This document shows, one piece after another, positions 1 through 7,342 of a stretch of 32,000 bases of DNA (position 1 is its first letter; each line of letters opens with the position of its first letter). The notes beneath the pieces were generated by a model. That model ran no database searches. It saw nothing but the letters and a program-made list of their open reading frames with translations, and was not told the origin of the DNA. Both the position numbers and the translations under genes were made by a program. The stretch comes from Kiritimatiella glycovorans. Its GTDB lineage: Bacteria > Verrucomicrobiota > Kiritimatiellia > Kiritimatiellales > Kiritimatiellaceae. The stretch covers positions 1,860,001 through 1,892,000 of the forward strand of contig NZ_CP010904.1 in the NCBI RefSeq assembly GCF_001017655.1, read 5' to 3'.

Positions 1-41
1 CACCGTCAAGGCTGCCTGCCTTCTCAAACGGACACGCGCAT

Positions 42-1337
42 TCATGATCTCTGCGCCTCTTCACAACCTGACAGCAGGTAACGCCAGGCGGGAATGGAGT
101 TGGGTTCGGCCTCGGACAAACCCGGCGCATACTCGTGGTAAACCAGGTGTCCCCGTGCCTCGGGCCAAAGGGTCCTTCCGAACTCCATGACGTTCTTCTC
201 GCGCTCGAATGCGGCATCGTCGGCCAGGCTCCAGCACGTGTTCGCAAACCAGGCGCCCTCGCCGTCGCACAGGTCGACTTCATGAGCATTCGAGTAGTAG
301 TAGAGGTCCCGACGGCGTCGGCGAGCCTCCAGAAAGACGGCCGTCTCCAGCTTGTGGCCGACGTCGCGCTGGGGGTATGCCTTGAAAGCCGCGACGAGAC
401 CGGGGTCGATCACATGCAACTTCTTGGGATTGTGCTCCTGCTTGCGCAACGACTCGTCGCGTTTCGGCACCATGAAGACCAGAGACGCATCCTTCAGGCA
501 GCCGAGGTACTCGTGCAGCGTGTTCTTCGACACCGCCAACCCCAGCGATTTGAAGTCACGGTGTAGCTTGCTGACGTTGATCAGCGATGCCGTGTTCCGA
601 AAGCAGTACCTTAACAGGGTTCGCATGACCTTCTCGTTCCGTACTCCATAACGCTCGACCACGTCCCTGAACAACATGAGCGAGGCGTACTCCTCCAGGA
701 TCAAGGGGCGCAGCGGCGCCTCGGCGAGCACGATCTCGGGGAAGCCGCCCCATGTCAGATACTCGACAAGCTCCGCGCGCGCGCGGCTCTCGTCGCGAGC
801 GCTGAACGAGGATATCTCCACCTCTCGAAACGAGAGAAACTCCCTGAAGCTCAGGGGAAACACCTCCAACGTGATGCTGCGTCCCCGCATTGCGGCAGAC
901 AGGTCGCGGGCCAGAAGCCGGGAGGACGAACCGGTAACAAAGATCGATATATCCTCGGTATCTTTAAGCCGCCTGACCCAACGCTCCCAGCCGGGTACGT
1001 CCTGCACCTCGTCCAGAAAGAGGTAGGTCTTGCCGGAGGCCGTATCGGGGTACAACTCGTTCAGGCTGCGAAGCACAAGATCCAGTTCTTCGGCGCGCAC
1101 GGGGTGCAGGCGATCATCCTCGAAGTTCAAGTACACGAGCTGTCGCCGGTCCACGCCTTGCCGGACGAGCCGGTGCATGGCGTCGAACAGCAGGAACGTC
1201 TTTCCGGAGCGGCGCGGCCCCGAAAGCCCCACCACTTTGCCGGTGTCCGCCGGGAGAGATCTATCGCGAGGACGACAAACCGGCAATTCGCCTTCGATGA
1301 ACTGGCGCAACACATACTTCAGATTGTAACTGTTCAT
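42..1337 (-). CDS. AAA+ ATPase of the AAA_14/DUF4143 type
   Basis: 431-aa ORF with ATG at 1337. Walker A GPRRSGKT and Walker B-like YLFLDEVQDVPGWERW, with a long C-terminal region as in DUF4143 ATPases. Confidence 0.8.
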   Translation of the reverse strand: MNSYNLKYVLRQFIEGELPVCRPRDRSLPADTGKVVGLSGPRRSGKTFLLFDAMHRLVRQGVDRRQLVYLNFEDDRLHPVRAEELDLVLRSLNELYPDTASGKTYLFLDEVQDVPGWERWVRRLKDTEDISIFVTGSSSRLLARDLSAAMRGRSITLEVFPLSFREFLSFREVEISSFSARDESRARAELVEYLTWGGFPEIVLAEAPLRPLILEEYASLMLFRDVVERYGVRNEKVMRTLLRYCFRNTASLINVSKLHRDFKSLGLAVSKNTLHEYLGCLKDASLVFMVPKRDESLRKQEHNPKKLHVIDPGLVAAFKAYPQRDVGHKLETAVFLEARRRRRDLYYYSNAHEVDLCDGEGAWFANTCWSLADDAAFEREKNVMEFGRTLWPEARGHLVYHEYAPGLSEAEPNSIPAWRYLLSGCEEAQRS

Positions 1338-1496
1338 AGCGACAATATAGATACTCCCGTCCCTTTATGCAAGGACAATCTCGCATCTCGTTGGCCATTT
1401 GCGGCTTCGCCGCGTCATCGGTCATGGGTATCCCATTCCGGGCCGTTTCCTTTGTGGGCCTCTCACTCATTCAATCGCACTCCCATATCCTCCCAC

Positions 1497-1517
1497 CATT
1501 GGCCAATGACCAATGAC
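1497..1517. repeat. short TTGGTCA/TGACCAA heptamer patch
   Basis: ccattggccaatgaccaatgac read directly, with palindromic core CATTGGCCAATG. Same unit as the larger arrays below. Confidence 0.6.
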
Positions 1518-1612
1518 GGCCGCGCAGCCTGCCCGCATTGCCCGCCCGCAACGCTGGCGCGTAGCGACTGCGGGCAGGCTCCGCAAAGCGATGTAGGCGG
1601 GCGGCCAAATGA

Positions 1613-2071
1613 CTACTGATTACACTCCCGGCAAACACCCAGCACGGTGATCCGGTGCGCTCGCTGCTTGAAACCCGCCTTGCGGCAGGCGATGGCGATG
1701 CGCTGGTGGATCTTGGGGTCGAGGAACTCGATGAACTTCCCGCACTGCTCACAGATCAGGTGCTCATGGTCTTCGAATCCCAGGGTCCGGTCGTAGTGCA
1801 CCTCGCGACCGGCTTCGCGGATCTCGCGCAAGAGACCGGCACGAACCATCAGGCCCAAGGTCTGGTACACGGTGCCACGGCTCACACGGGCCGGGCCGGC
1901 ATTGCTCAGATCCATGGCAAGCTCCTCGGCCGTGAAATGGCCGTCGCCTCTGAACACGCGATCGCAAACAATCCGGCGTGGCTGAGTGACCCGCAGACCC
2001 GACTCATCCAGGTAGTTGCCGAACACGAGCCAAGCCTTGCCCGTGGTCAATGGGTTTTTCTGCCCTGCCAT
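1613..2071 (-). CDS. Fur-family metal-responsive transcriptional regulator (Fur/Zur type)
   Basis: Winged-helix segment VSRGTVYQTLGLMVRAGLL, then HEHLICEQCGKFIEF and C-terminal GVCRECN metal sites typical of Fur proteins. ATG at 2071 (MAGQKNPL) follows GGAGAAGAGAGG; the ORF-track start at 2089 is GTG. Confidence 0.9.
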   Translation of the reverse strand: MAGQKNPLTTGKAWLVFGNYLDESGLRVTQPRRIVCDRVFRGDGHFTAEELAMDLSNAGPARVSRGTVYQTLGLMVRAGLLREIREAGREVHYDRTLGFEDHEHLICEQCGKFIEFLDPKIHQRIAIACRKAGFKQRAHRITVLGVCRECNQ

Positions 2072-2120
2072 CCTCTCTTCTCCGCGCACTGCCTGGGGGC
2101 AACGTGCCTCCTATTCAGAC

Positions 2121-2160
2121 CAGATCTAAAGAATGATTCAGTAACGTGTTAGTGAAGACA
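2121..2160. promoter_or_regulatory. AT-rich divergent promoter region with a possible Fur-type box
   Basis: Locally AT-rich cagatctaaagaatgattcagtaacgtgttagtgaagaca between the divergent Fur-family and ferredoxin genes. Contains the near-palindrome GAATGATTC. No scoring was possible. Confidence 0.25.
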
Positions 2161-2251
2161 AACTCGGCCATGGAGATCTACGGTATTGGTGTTGCGGCAA
2201 GGTGCGACGCTCGCATCGTGCCGGCAGCAACAACCCGAAGGAGGTACCATC

Positions 2252-2422
2252 ATGGCCTACAAGATATCGGATGAGTGTACTGCTTGCGGTTCCTGCAAGG
2301 ACGTCTGCCCGGTTGAGGCGATCAAGGAAGGTGACCCCAAGTACACGATCGACCCGGACATCTGCACCGACTGCGGAGCCTGCGAGGCCGAGTGCCCCGT
2401 CGAGGCGATCAGCGCGGGCTGA
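2252..2422 (+). CDS. 2x[4Fe-4S] ferredoxin (56 aa)
   Basis: MAYKISDECTACGSCKDVCPVEAI...DICTDCGACEAECPVEAISAG carries two CxxCxxCxxxCP motifs. SD GAAGGAGG lies 7 nt upstream of the ATG at 2252. Confidence 0.9.
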   Translation: MAYKISDECTACGSCKDVCPVEAIKEGDPKYTIDPDICTDCGACEAECPVEAISAG

Positions 2423-2444
2423 AGCCAAACCACGGAAAGTCGTG

Positions 2445-2482
2445 AGCGCCGACGCCCTCACGGGTGCCGGCGCTTTGCTTTT
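2445..2482 (+). terminator. candidate intrinsic terminator after ferredoxin
   Basis: AGCGCCGACGCCC-tcac-GGGTGCCGGCGCT imperfect hairpin followed by ttgctttt. It lies between convergent genes. Confidence 0.45.
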
Positions 2483-2496
2483 CCACAAAGTCGCAG

Positions 2497-3447
2497 TCAC
2501 TCTTCGCGGCTTCCTTGCGACTGCCCTTCCCCTGATGCCGTCGTCTGCAGTGTCAGTTCGCTAAAGCCGAAACGGTGCCGGAGCTCCTTTGCGAGTTGAT
2601 CCGTGATCTCGGTGCAATCCGTCACGCGAACGCCTTCCGCCATGACCAACTCGGCCGTGAAGGCGGTGACATCGTCCGTGATCGACCAGATCCTGACACG
2701 CTTGAGGCTCTCCACCTGCGGGCATTCGGCCGCGACAAAACGCTCGACGTCAGCAGTCGTGATGCGGCTCGGAGCAATCTCGAGCAGGATGCGGGAGGTA
2801 TCCCGGAAAAGCCCCCACGCCCACGCGAGAATCACCATCGCGATACCGATACTGAGGAGGGGGTCGATCCAGGTCCAGTCCGTGACGGCAATCACCAGTG
2901 CGCCAATCACGATGACGACGGACGACACGGTATCGGCCGCCATGTGCACGAGCGCACTCCGGACGCTGATGTTCTTACCGTGGCCATGAAGCAGCAGGAT
3001 GCTGGCGACGTTGACGGCGAGGCCGATCGCTGCAACGACAAGCATCTCCCGCGTTAGCACCTCCTGCGGATTGAGCAGCCGCGCCACGCCCTCGTAGGCG
3101 ATCGTCGCAGTGACGGCGAAGAGGAAGAGCGCATTGGTGTATGCCGCGAGCACTTCGGCCCGCAGCAATCCGAACGTGCGGTGATGGCACGGCTTTGATG
3201 ACGCCATGCGCAGGGCAATCGCGCTGATGCCCAAGGCGAAGACGTGCGTGAACATGTGGCCGGCATCGCTGAGCAGCGCCAGGCTGCCGGTCAGCAGGCC
3301 GCCCACGATCTCGATCGCCATGCCCGTCACCGTAATCGCCATCGACCACAACAGGCGCGCCTGCGAAAGGGAGCGGTACTGCAGGAGTTCATCCATCCCT
3401 CCAGCATGCGTGTGGCGATCCGATTCATGAGTGCGTCCCGTCGTCAT
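2497..3447 (-). CDS. cation diffusion facilitator (CDF) family metal exporter (CzcD/ZitB-like)
   Basis: 316 aa with six hydrophobic segments. TM2 LSDAGHMFTH and TM5 HMAADTVSS form the H-D/H-D site. His-rich N-terminus and a C-terminal cytoplasmic domain. Confidence 0.9.
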   Translation of the reverse strand: MTTGRTHESDRHTHAGGMDELLQYRSLSQARLLWSMAITVTGMAIEIVGGLLTGSLALLSDAGHMFTHVFALGISAIALRMASSKPCHHRTFGLLRAEVLAAYTNALFLFAVTATIAYEGVARLLNPQEVLTREMLVVAAIGLAVNVASILLLHGHGKNISVRSALVHMAADTVSSVVIVIGALVIAVTDWTWIDPLLSIGIAMVILAWAWGLFRDTSRILLEIAPSRITTADVERFVAAECPQVESLKRVRIWSITDDVTAFTAELVMAEGVRVTDCTEITDQLAKELRHRFGFSELTLQTTASGEGQSQGSREE

Positions 3448-3569
3448 GGCTTCACCCGTGAAGGGGAGAGGGGGCAGTCATTGCTTTCGATTCCGCTGAT
3501 GAGCCTCGGCGGTGGGGCGCTGGCCCCATTTGAAGAATCGTCCTCATAGTCCCTATGGTCTACAGTTTC

Positions 3570-3800
3570 TCAGTGGTCGTCTTCGCAGGTCTCCTCCTGA
3601 TCATTGCCGTCATTCTTTGTCGCGGTTGGCTTGCATGCTCCATGGTCGCAGCCGTCGTGCAACTCTGTCTGTGCGGCGTCGGGCTCGCCCCTCGCTATGA
3701 CGATGCGGTACACAGCGGCAGCGGCAACTGCGGCGGCCAGGATGATGATTACGATGCGGGGCCATAGGGCGGATGGCTTGGTGCTTCTTCCTTCTGTCAT
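3570..3800 (-). CDS. small single-pass membrane protein with Cys/His-rich tail
   Basis: ATG at 3800 preceded by GGAG. One TM (IVIIILAAAVAAAAVY), then HDGCDHGAC and CEDDH. Sits between the lipoprotein and CDF genes. Confidence 0.45.
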   Translation of the reverse strand: MTEGRSTKPSALWPRIVIIILAAAVAAAAVYRIVIARGEPDAAQTELHDGCDHGACKPTATKNDGNDQEETCEDDH

Positions 3801-3853
3801 GTGTCGGCTCCTTACTATCGGTCGTTGGTGTAGTACCGGCTTCGACAAACCCA

Positions 3854-4243
3854 TCAGGAACCGTCCCGCAGTTCGGGGCCCTTACCTTCGCCGTAGGTCA
3901 GCAACAGGTAATCATGCAGGTCGTTCAGGAACTGATCGAACTCCCGTGCGGGCAGGTCCTTCCTGGGCCCCGTGAAACGCAGCACGGGTAGAAAGTCGTT
4001 CGGCATAGCCTTGAGCAGACTCTCGTTCAGCACGACCGAAACGGTATTGCTCCCCATCTCTACCATGATGTCCGCGTCCGCCTCGCGGCCAATCCGGATG
4101 CCATGACCTTCCGCAATGTGCTCGATCATGTGCGCGTGGCTGTGACCATGTCCGTGCTCTTCGTGGTGTACGTCCCGCCGACCGCAGCCGGCAAAGAGAG
4201 CCAGACACAACAGCAACAGGTGGCGGGGCTGGCGCCTTCTCAT
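3854..4243 (-). CDS. His-rich lipoprotein (putative periplasmic metal-binding protein)
   Basis: Signal peptide with lipobox LFAGC, then HHEEHGHGHSHAHMIEH. ATG at 4243. Confidence 0.6.
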   Translation of the reverse strand: MRRRQPRHLLLLCLALFAGCGRRDVHHEEHGHGHSHAHMIEHIAEGHGIRIGREADADIMVEMGSNTVSVVLNESLLKAMPNDFLPVLRFTGPRKDLPAREFDQFLNDLHDYLLLTYGEGKGPELRDGS

Positions 4244-4258
4244 GATGACATCCTTCTT

Positions 4259-4335
4259 CGTCAGTCATCGGTCATTAGTCATGGGTCATCGGTACCCTCT
4301 TGCCATTGACTAATGACTAATGACCAATGACCATT
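4259..4335. repeat. inverted pair of TTGGTCA-type heptamer arrays
   Basis: cgtcagtcatcggtcattagtcatgggtcatcggt ... ccattgactaatgactaatgaccaatgaccatt. The right arm supplies the last codons (MVIGH) and the TAG stop of the 4317..4940 gene. Confidence 0.85.
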
Positions 4336-4940
4336 CCCTCCGGCCGGGTGCGACTGATGTAATCCAGCATCCGCTCAATGGTCGCGGCCTGTTCCGTGAC
4401 CTTGGCCCTCAATTCCCCAACCGAGAGATCCTCCGTGGGCACGGTGCTGTCCGGTGGCGCAATATCAGTCAGGGAAACGTCACAGCGCGGTCTGATCGCA
4501 CTGAGACCGCGATGCAGGCAGGCATGCGCGACCGTCCTGCCCAACGTGAGCTTCTGCTCGCAGGGATCCGTGAGCAATCCCCAGAGGATCCCCGGAAGCT
4601 CGTAAGATTCCGCCGCAAGGCTGTCGAGGCGCTCCCGCACCGTGTCCAACGATGCCCGGGACACCCACGCCACTTCTTCCCGGAACTTGTCGTCCAAGAG
4701 ATGGCTGACTTCCCGGCTGAACTCGTTTTCATGATGGGCGCCCTGGTGCGCTGCCTGCAGCAGCAAGCCCCGGTCTTCGGCCAGGCGCGACCCAAAGCAA
4801 GGGCACGCGCGAGGGATCACGGCGTTTTCGAGTTCATCCGTACTCAGGCCGATCCCGAGCATGGTGCAGATCGACGTGCAATCCAGCTTCCAGATAGGAG
4901 TGCGCTTGCTTGGTTTCTCGCTATTCTGTTCCATTTCCAT
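4317..4940 (-). CDS. hypothetical protein, short paralog of the N-terminal domain of the DUF2325 protein at 29011..30180
   Basis: 207 aa. Shares IWKLDCTSICTMLG and GILWGLLTDP with IWSLDCIAICTVLG and GIMWALLTDP in the larger protein. Confidence 0.6.
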   Translation of the reverse strand: MEMEQNSEKPSKRTPIWKLDCTSICTMLGIGLSTDELENAVIPRACPCFGSRLAEDRGLLLQAAHQGAHHENEFSREVSHLLDDKFREEVAWVSRASLDTVRERLDSLAAESYELPGILWGLLTDPCEQKLTLGRTVAHACLHRGLSAIRPRCDVSLTDIAPPDSTVPTEDLSVGELRAKVTEQAATIERMLDYISRTRPEGMVIGH

Positions 4941-4952
4941 GTCCAGTTATCC

Positions 4953-5012
4953 TTGGTCATTGGTCATTGGTCATTGGTCATTGGTCATTGGTCATCAGTC
5001 ATCGGTCATTGG
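4953..5012. repeat. tandem TTGGTCA heptamer array (about 8.5 units)
   Basis: ttggtca x6, then tcagtca, tcggtca, ttgg. Fills the 54-nt gap between the ICMT-like gene stop (4995) and the next gene start (4940). Confidence 0.9.
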
Positions 5013-5477
5013 CGACTTCCGCCGCGCGTATGGCAGAATCCGCGCCACGCGTTTCGAGTAGTCTCGGTACGCTTCGCCGTATTTCTCTGCAAGCCATGCC
5101 TCCTCGCCGGGCAGCACAAGCCGCAGCACGACATACATGATGAACGGGATCGCCAGGAGCAGCGGGTTGCGGAAGAACAGGACGAAGCCCGGCACGAGAA
5201 ACAGAATCCACGCCGCGTAGATCGGGTTGCGGCAGAGGGCGAAAACACCGCTCGTGCAGAGCGTCTCGGCCTGGTGCGCCTTTCTCAGCGTGATAGCGGA
5301 GATGAACCAGAACGGAATGCCGGCCAGCAGGATCGCGATGCCCGCGCCATAGAACCACCACGGTGAAATGGCTGTCACCACCAGCGATTCGCGGAACACG
5401 GCCGCGCAGACGACCACCGGCGCGGACGCCAGCAGGCTCCAGAGCAACCACTTGCCGCCTATTCCCCAAACCGTCAT
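4995..5477 (-). CDS. ICMT/PEMT-family membrane methyltransferase
   Basis: 160 aa, multi-pass. Motif region GVFALCRNPIYAAWILF...PGEEAWLAEKYGEAYRDY is typical of the isoprenylcysteine carboxyl / phospholipid methyltransferase family. Confidence 0.8.
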   Translation of the reverse strand: MTVWGIGGKWLLWSLLASAPVVVCAAVFRESLVVTAISPWWFYGAGIAILLAGIPFWFISAITLRKAHQAETLCTSGVFALCRNPIYAAWILFLVPGFVLFFRNPLLLAIPFIMYVVLRLVLPGEEAWLAEKYGEAYRDYSKRVARILPYARRKSPMTDD

Positions 5478-5490
5478 CTCTTTTCCTTCT

Positions 5491-5603
5491 GTCGGTCATA
5501 TGCGGCTGCGCCGCCGTCATTGGTCATTTGCGCCTGCGGCGCGTCATTGGTCATCAGTCAATGGTCAGTGGTCGGAACAACCAATGACTAATGACCAATG
5601 ACA
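5491..5603. repeat. inverted TTGGTCA heptamer arrays with embedded GC stem
   Basis: gtcattggtcatcagtcaatggtcagtggt-cggaacaa-ccaatgactaatgaccaatgac. Supplies VIGH plus the TAG stop of the ABC gene ending at 5588. Confidence 0.85.
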
Positions 5604-7342
5604 TTCTCACTGATGCTCCATCCGGCGGATTCCTGTTGCAGCTTCCACATCCGTGCGTAGAGCCCGTCCACCGCCAGCAATTCCTCATGGGTTCCCGACT
5701 CGGCGATGGCGCCCTTGTCGAGCACGATGATCCGGTCGGCGCGGCAGATGGTCTTCAGGCGGTGTGCAACCACGATCACCGTGCGACCTTCAATCAGGCG
5801 ATCGATCGCCTTCTGCACGTCCCGCTCGTTCTCCGGGTCGAGCGAGGCAGTCGCTTCGTCCAGAAGCACGATCGGCGCGTTCTTCAGGAACGCACGGGCA
5901 ATGGAGATACGCTGCTTCTCGCCGCCCGAGAGAGTGCACCCGCCTTCGCCGACCGGTGTGTCGTACCCTTGCGGCAGAGCAGCAATGAACTCGTGACAGC
6001 AGGCTGCCTTCGCCGCTTCCACGACCTCCTCGTCGGTTGCGCCTTCCCGGCCGAAGCGGATGTTGTTGCGAATCGTATCCTGGAAGAGATAGACGTCCTG
6101 GAAGACCATGGACAGACGGCGGAACAGTCGCTCGGGATCCATGCCGGTCATGGGTTCCCCGCCAAGGCGAACCGTCCCCTCGCCCGGATCGTAGAAACGG
6201 GCCGCCAGCTTGAGCATGGTGCTCTTGCCGCTGCCGGAGGGACCGACCAGGGCGGTGAGGGTTCCCGGCTCCATCCGCGCCGAAACACCATGCAACACCG
6301 GTTCGTCGTGGTAGCCGAACGAGACGTTGTCGAACTCGATATCCGCGGACTCCGGAGGCGCTTGCGTTCCGTCCATCTCCGGTTCGCGGTACAGGTTCAG
6401 GATGCGTTCGCCCGCCTGCTCGCTGTAGCGGACCAGGGCGAACTGCATGAGAGCCAGCGTCAGCGGATCGAAGATGCGCGAGCCGACGATCAGGAACGCG
6501 ACGAAGACGAGCAGATCCAACGTTCCGCCGATCAGCAGATGCACGCCCACCAGCACCATGATCGTCAGTCCCGCGCGCATGCAGGCGATGGCGAGCATGA
6601 GGAAAGGTCCGACCCATCCTTCCAGCCGGATGCTCTGTTTCATCAACTCCCGGAATGACATCTCAAGGCGCGCGAAGCGCGTGCCGGTCAAGTTGTAGGC
6701 CTTGATGACGCGGATGCCGTACAGGTACTCCTGCAGGCGGTTCCCGGCGTCGATCTTGGCGCGCATGTGGCGGCGGCCAAGGGCGCGGACGATCTTTGTC
6801 GAACCCGCGAAGATCACCAGCGCCACCGGCAACGCCGAGAACATGGCAACGGCCATGCGCCAATCCAGAAAGGAGAGACCAATCACCGCCAGAACGGGCA
6901 TGACCAGTGCGCCGATCAGTTGCGGCACGAAATGCGAAACGCTCTGCTCAAGCAGTGCAAAATCGCCCATCAGCATGTTCGCGAGATTCCCCGGGTCACG
7001 TCCGGTGAGGTAGCCCAGCGGCAATTTGCGCAGATGCTCGGCCAGTTCCGTCCGCCCCTCCGCCGACACGGAATAGGCCTGACGGAAGCAGGCCCGGTAA
7101 GCCGGGCGTTCGGCCAGGAAAATGAAGGGAAGCGAGACCGCCAGGGCGGCGCATGTCCACCAGAGGCTTGCCGTATCCAGCGGGGCGCCGGACGCGTATG
7201 CGCCGAAGATCGTTCGCACCGCCTGAAGCGCCAGCACGAAGGGAATCAGATTGACCAGGTTGGACAGAAGGACGAACGCAACCGGCTTCCGCAGCTTGTC
7301 GGGATGACCGACGGTCACATGATTCAGAAATCGGGCGATCAT
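5588..7342 (-). CDS. ABC transporter, fused permease/ATPase (exporter-type half transporter)
   Basis: True start MIARFLNH at 7342 (ATGA overlap with the upstream stop). Six-TM domain, Walker A GPSGSGKST, signature LSGGEKQR, Walker B VLLDEATS, H-loop VAHRL. Confidence 0.9.
   Translation of the reverse strand: MIARFLNHVTVGHPDKLRKPVAFVLLSNLVNLIPFVLALQAVRTIFGAYASGAPLDTASLWWTCAALAVSLPFIFLAERPAYRACFRQAYSVSAEGRTELAEHLRKLPLGYLTGRDPGNLANMLMGDFALLEQSVSHFVPQLIGALVMPVLAVIGLSFLDWRMAVAMFSALPVALVIFAGSTKIVRALGRRHMRAKIDAGNRLQEYLYGIRVIKAYNLTGTRFARLEMSFRELMKQSIRLEGWVGPFLMLAIACMRAGLTIMVLVGVHLLIGGTLDLLVFVAFLIVGSRIFDPLTLALMQFALVRYSEQAGERILNLYREPEMDGTQAPPESADIEFDNVSFGYHDEPVLHGVSARMEPGTLTALVGPSGSGKSTMLKLAARFYDPGEGTVRLGGEPMTGMDPERLFRRLSMVFQDVYLFQDTIRNNIRFGREGATDEEVVEAAKAACCHEFIAALPQGYDTPVGEGGCTLSGGEKQRISIARAFLKNAPIVLLDEATASLDPENERDVQKAIDRLIEGRTVIVVAHRLKTICRADRIIVLDKGAIAESGTHEELLAVDGLYARMWKLQQESAGWSISENVIGH

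Noticed and set aside
3448-3569. Possible NiCo (czcD-type) riboswitch in the 122-nt leader of the CDF gene.
   Set aside because: Some local complementarity exists (GGGGC/GCCCC, CGATTC/GAATCG, ATGAG/CTCAT), but the pairings are not nested. I could not match the conserved junction nucleotides from memory. An Rfam/Infernal scan is needed.
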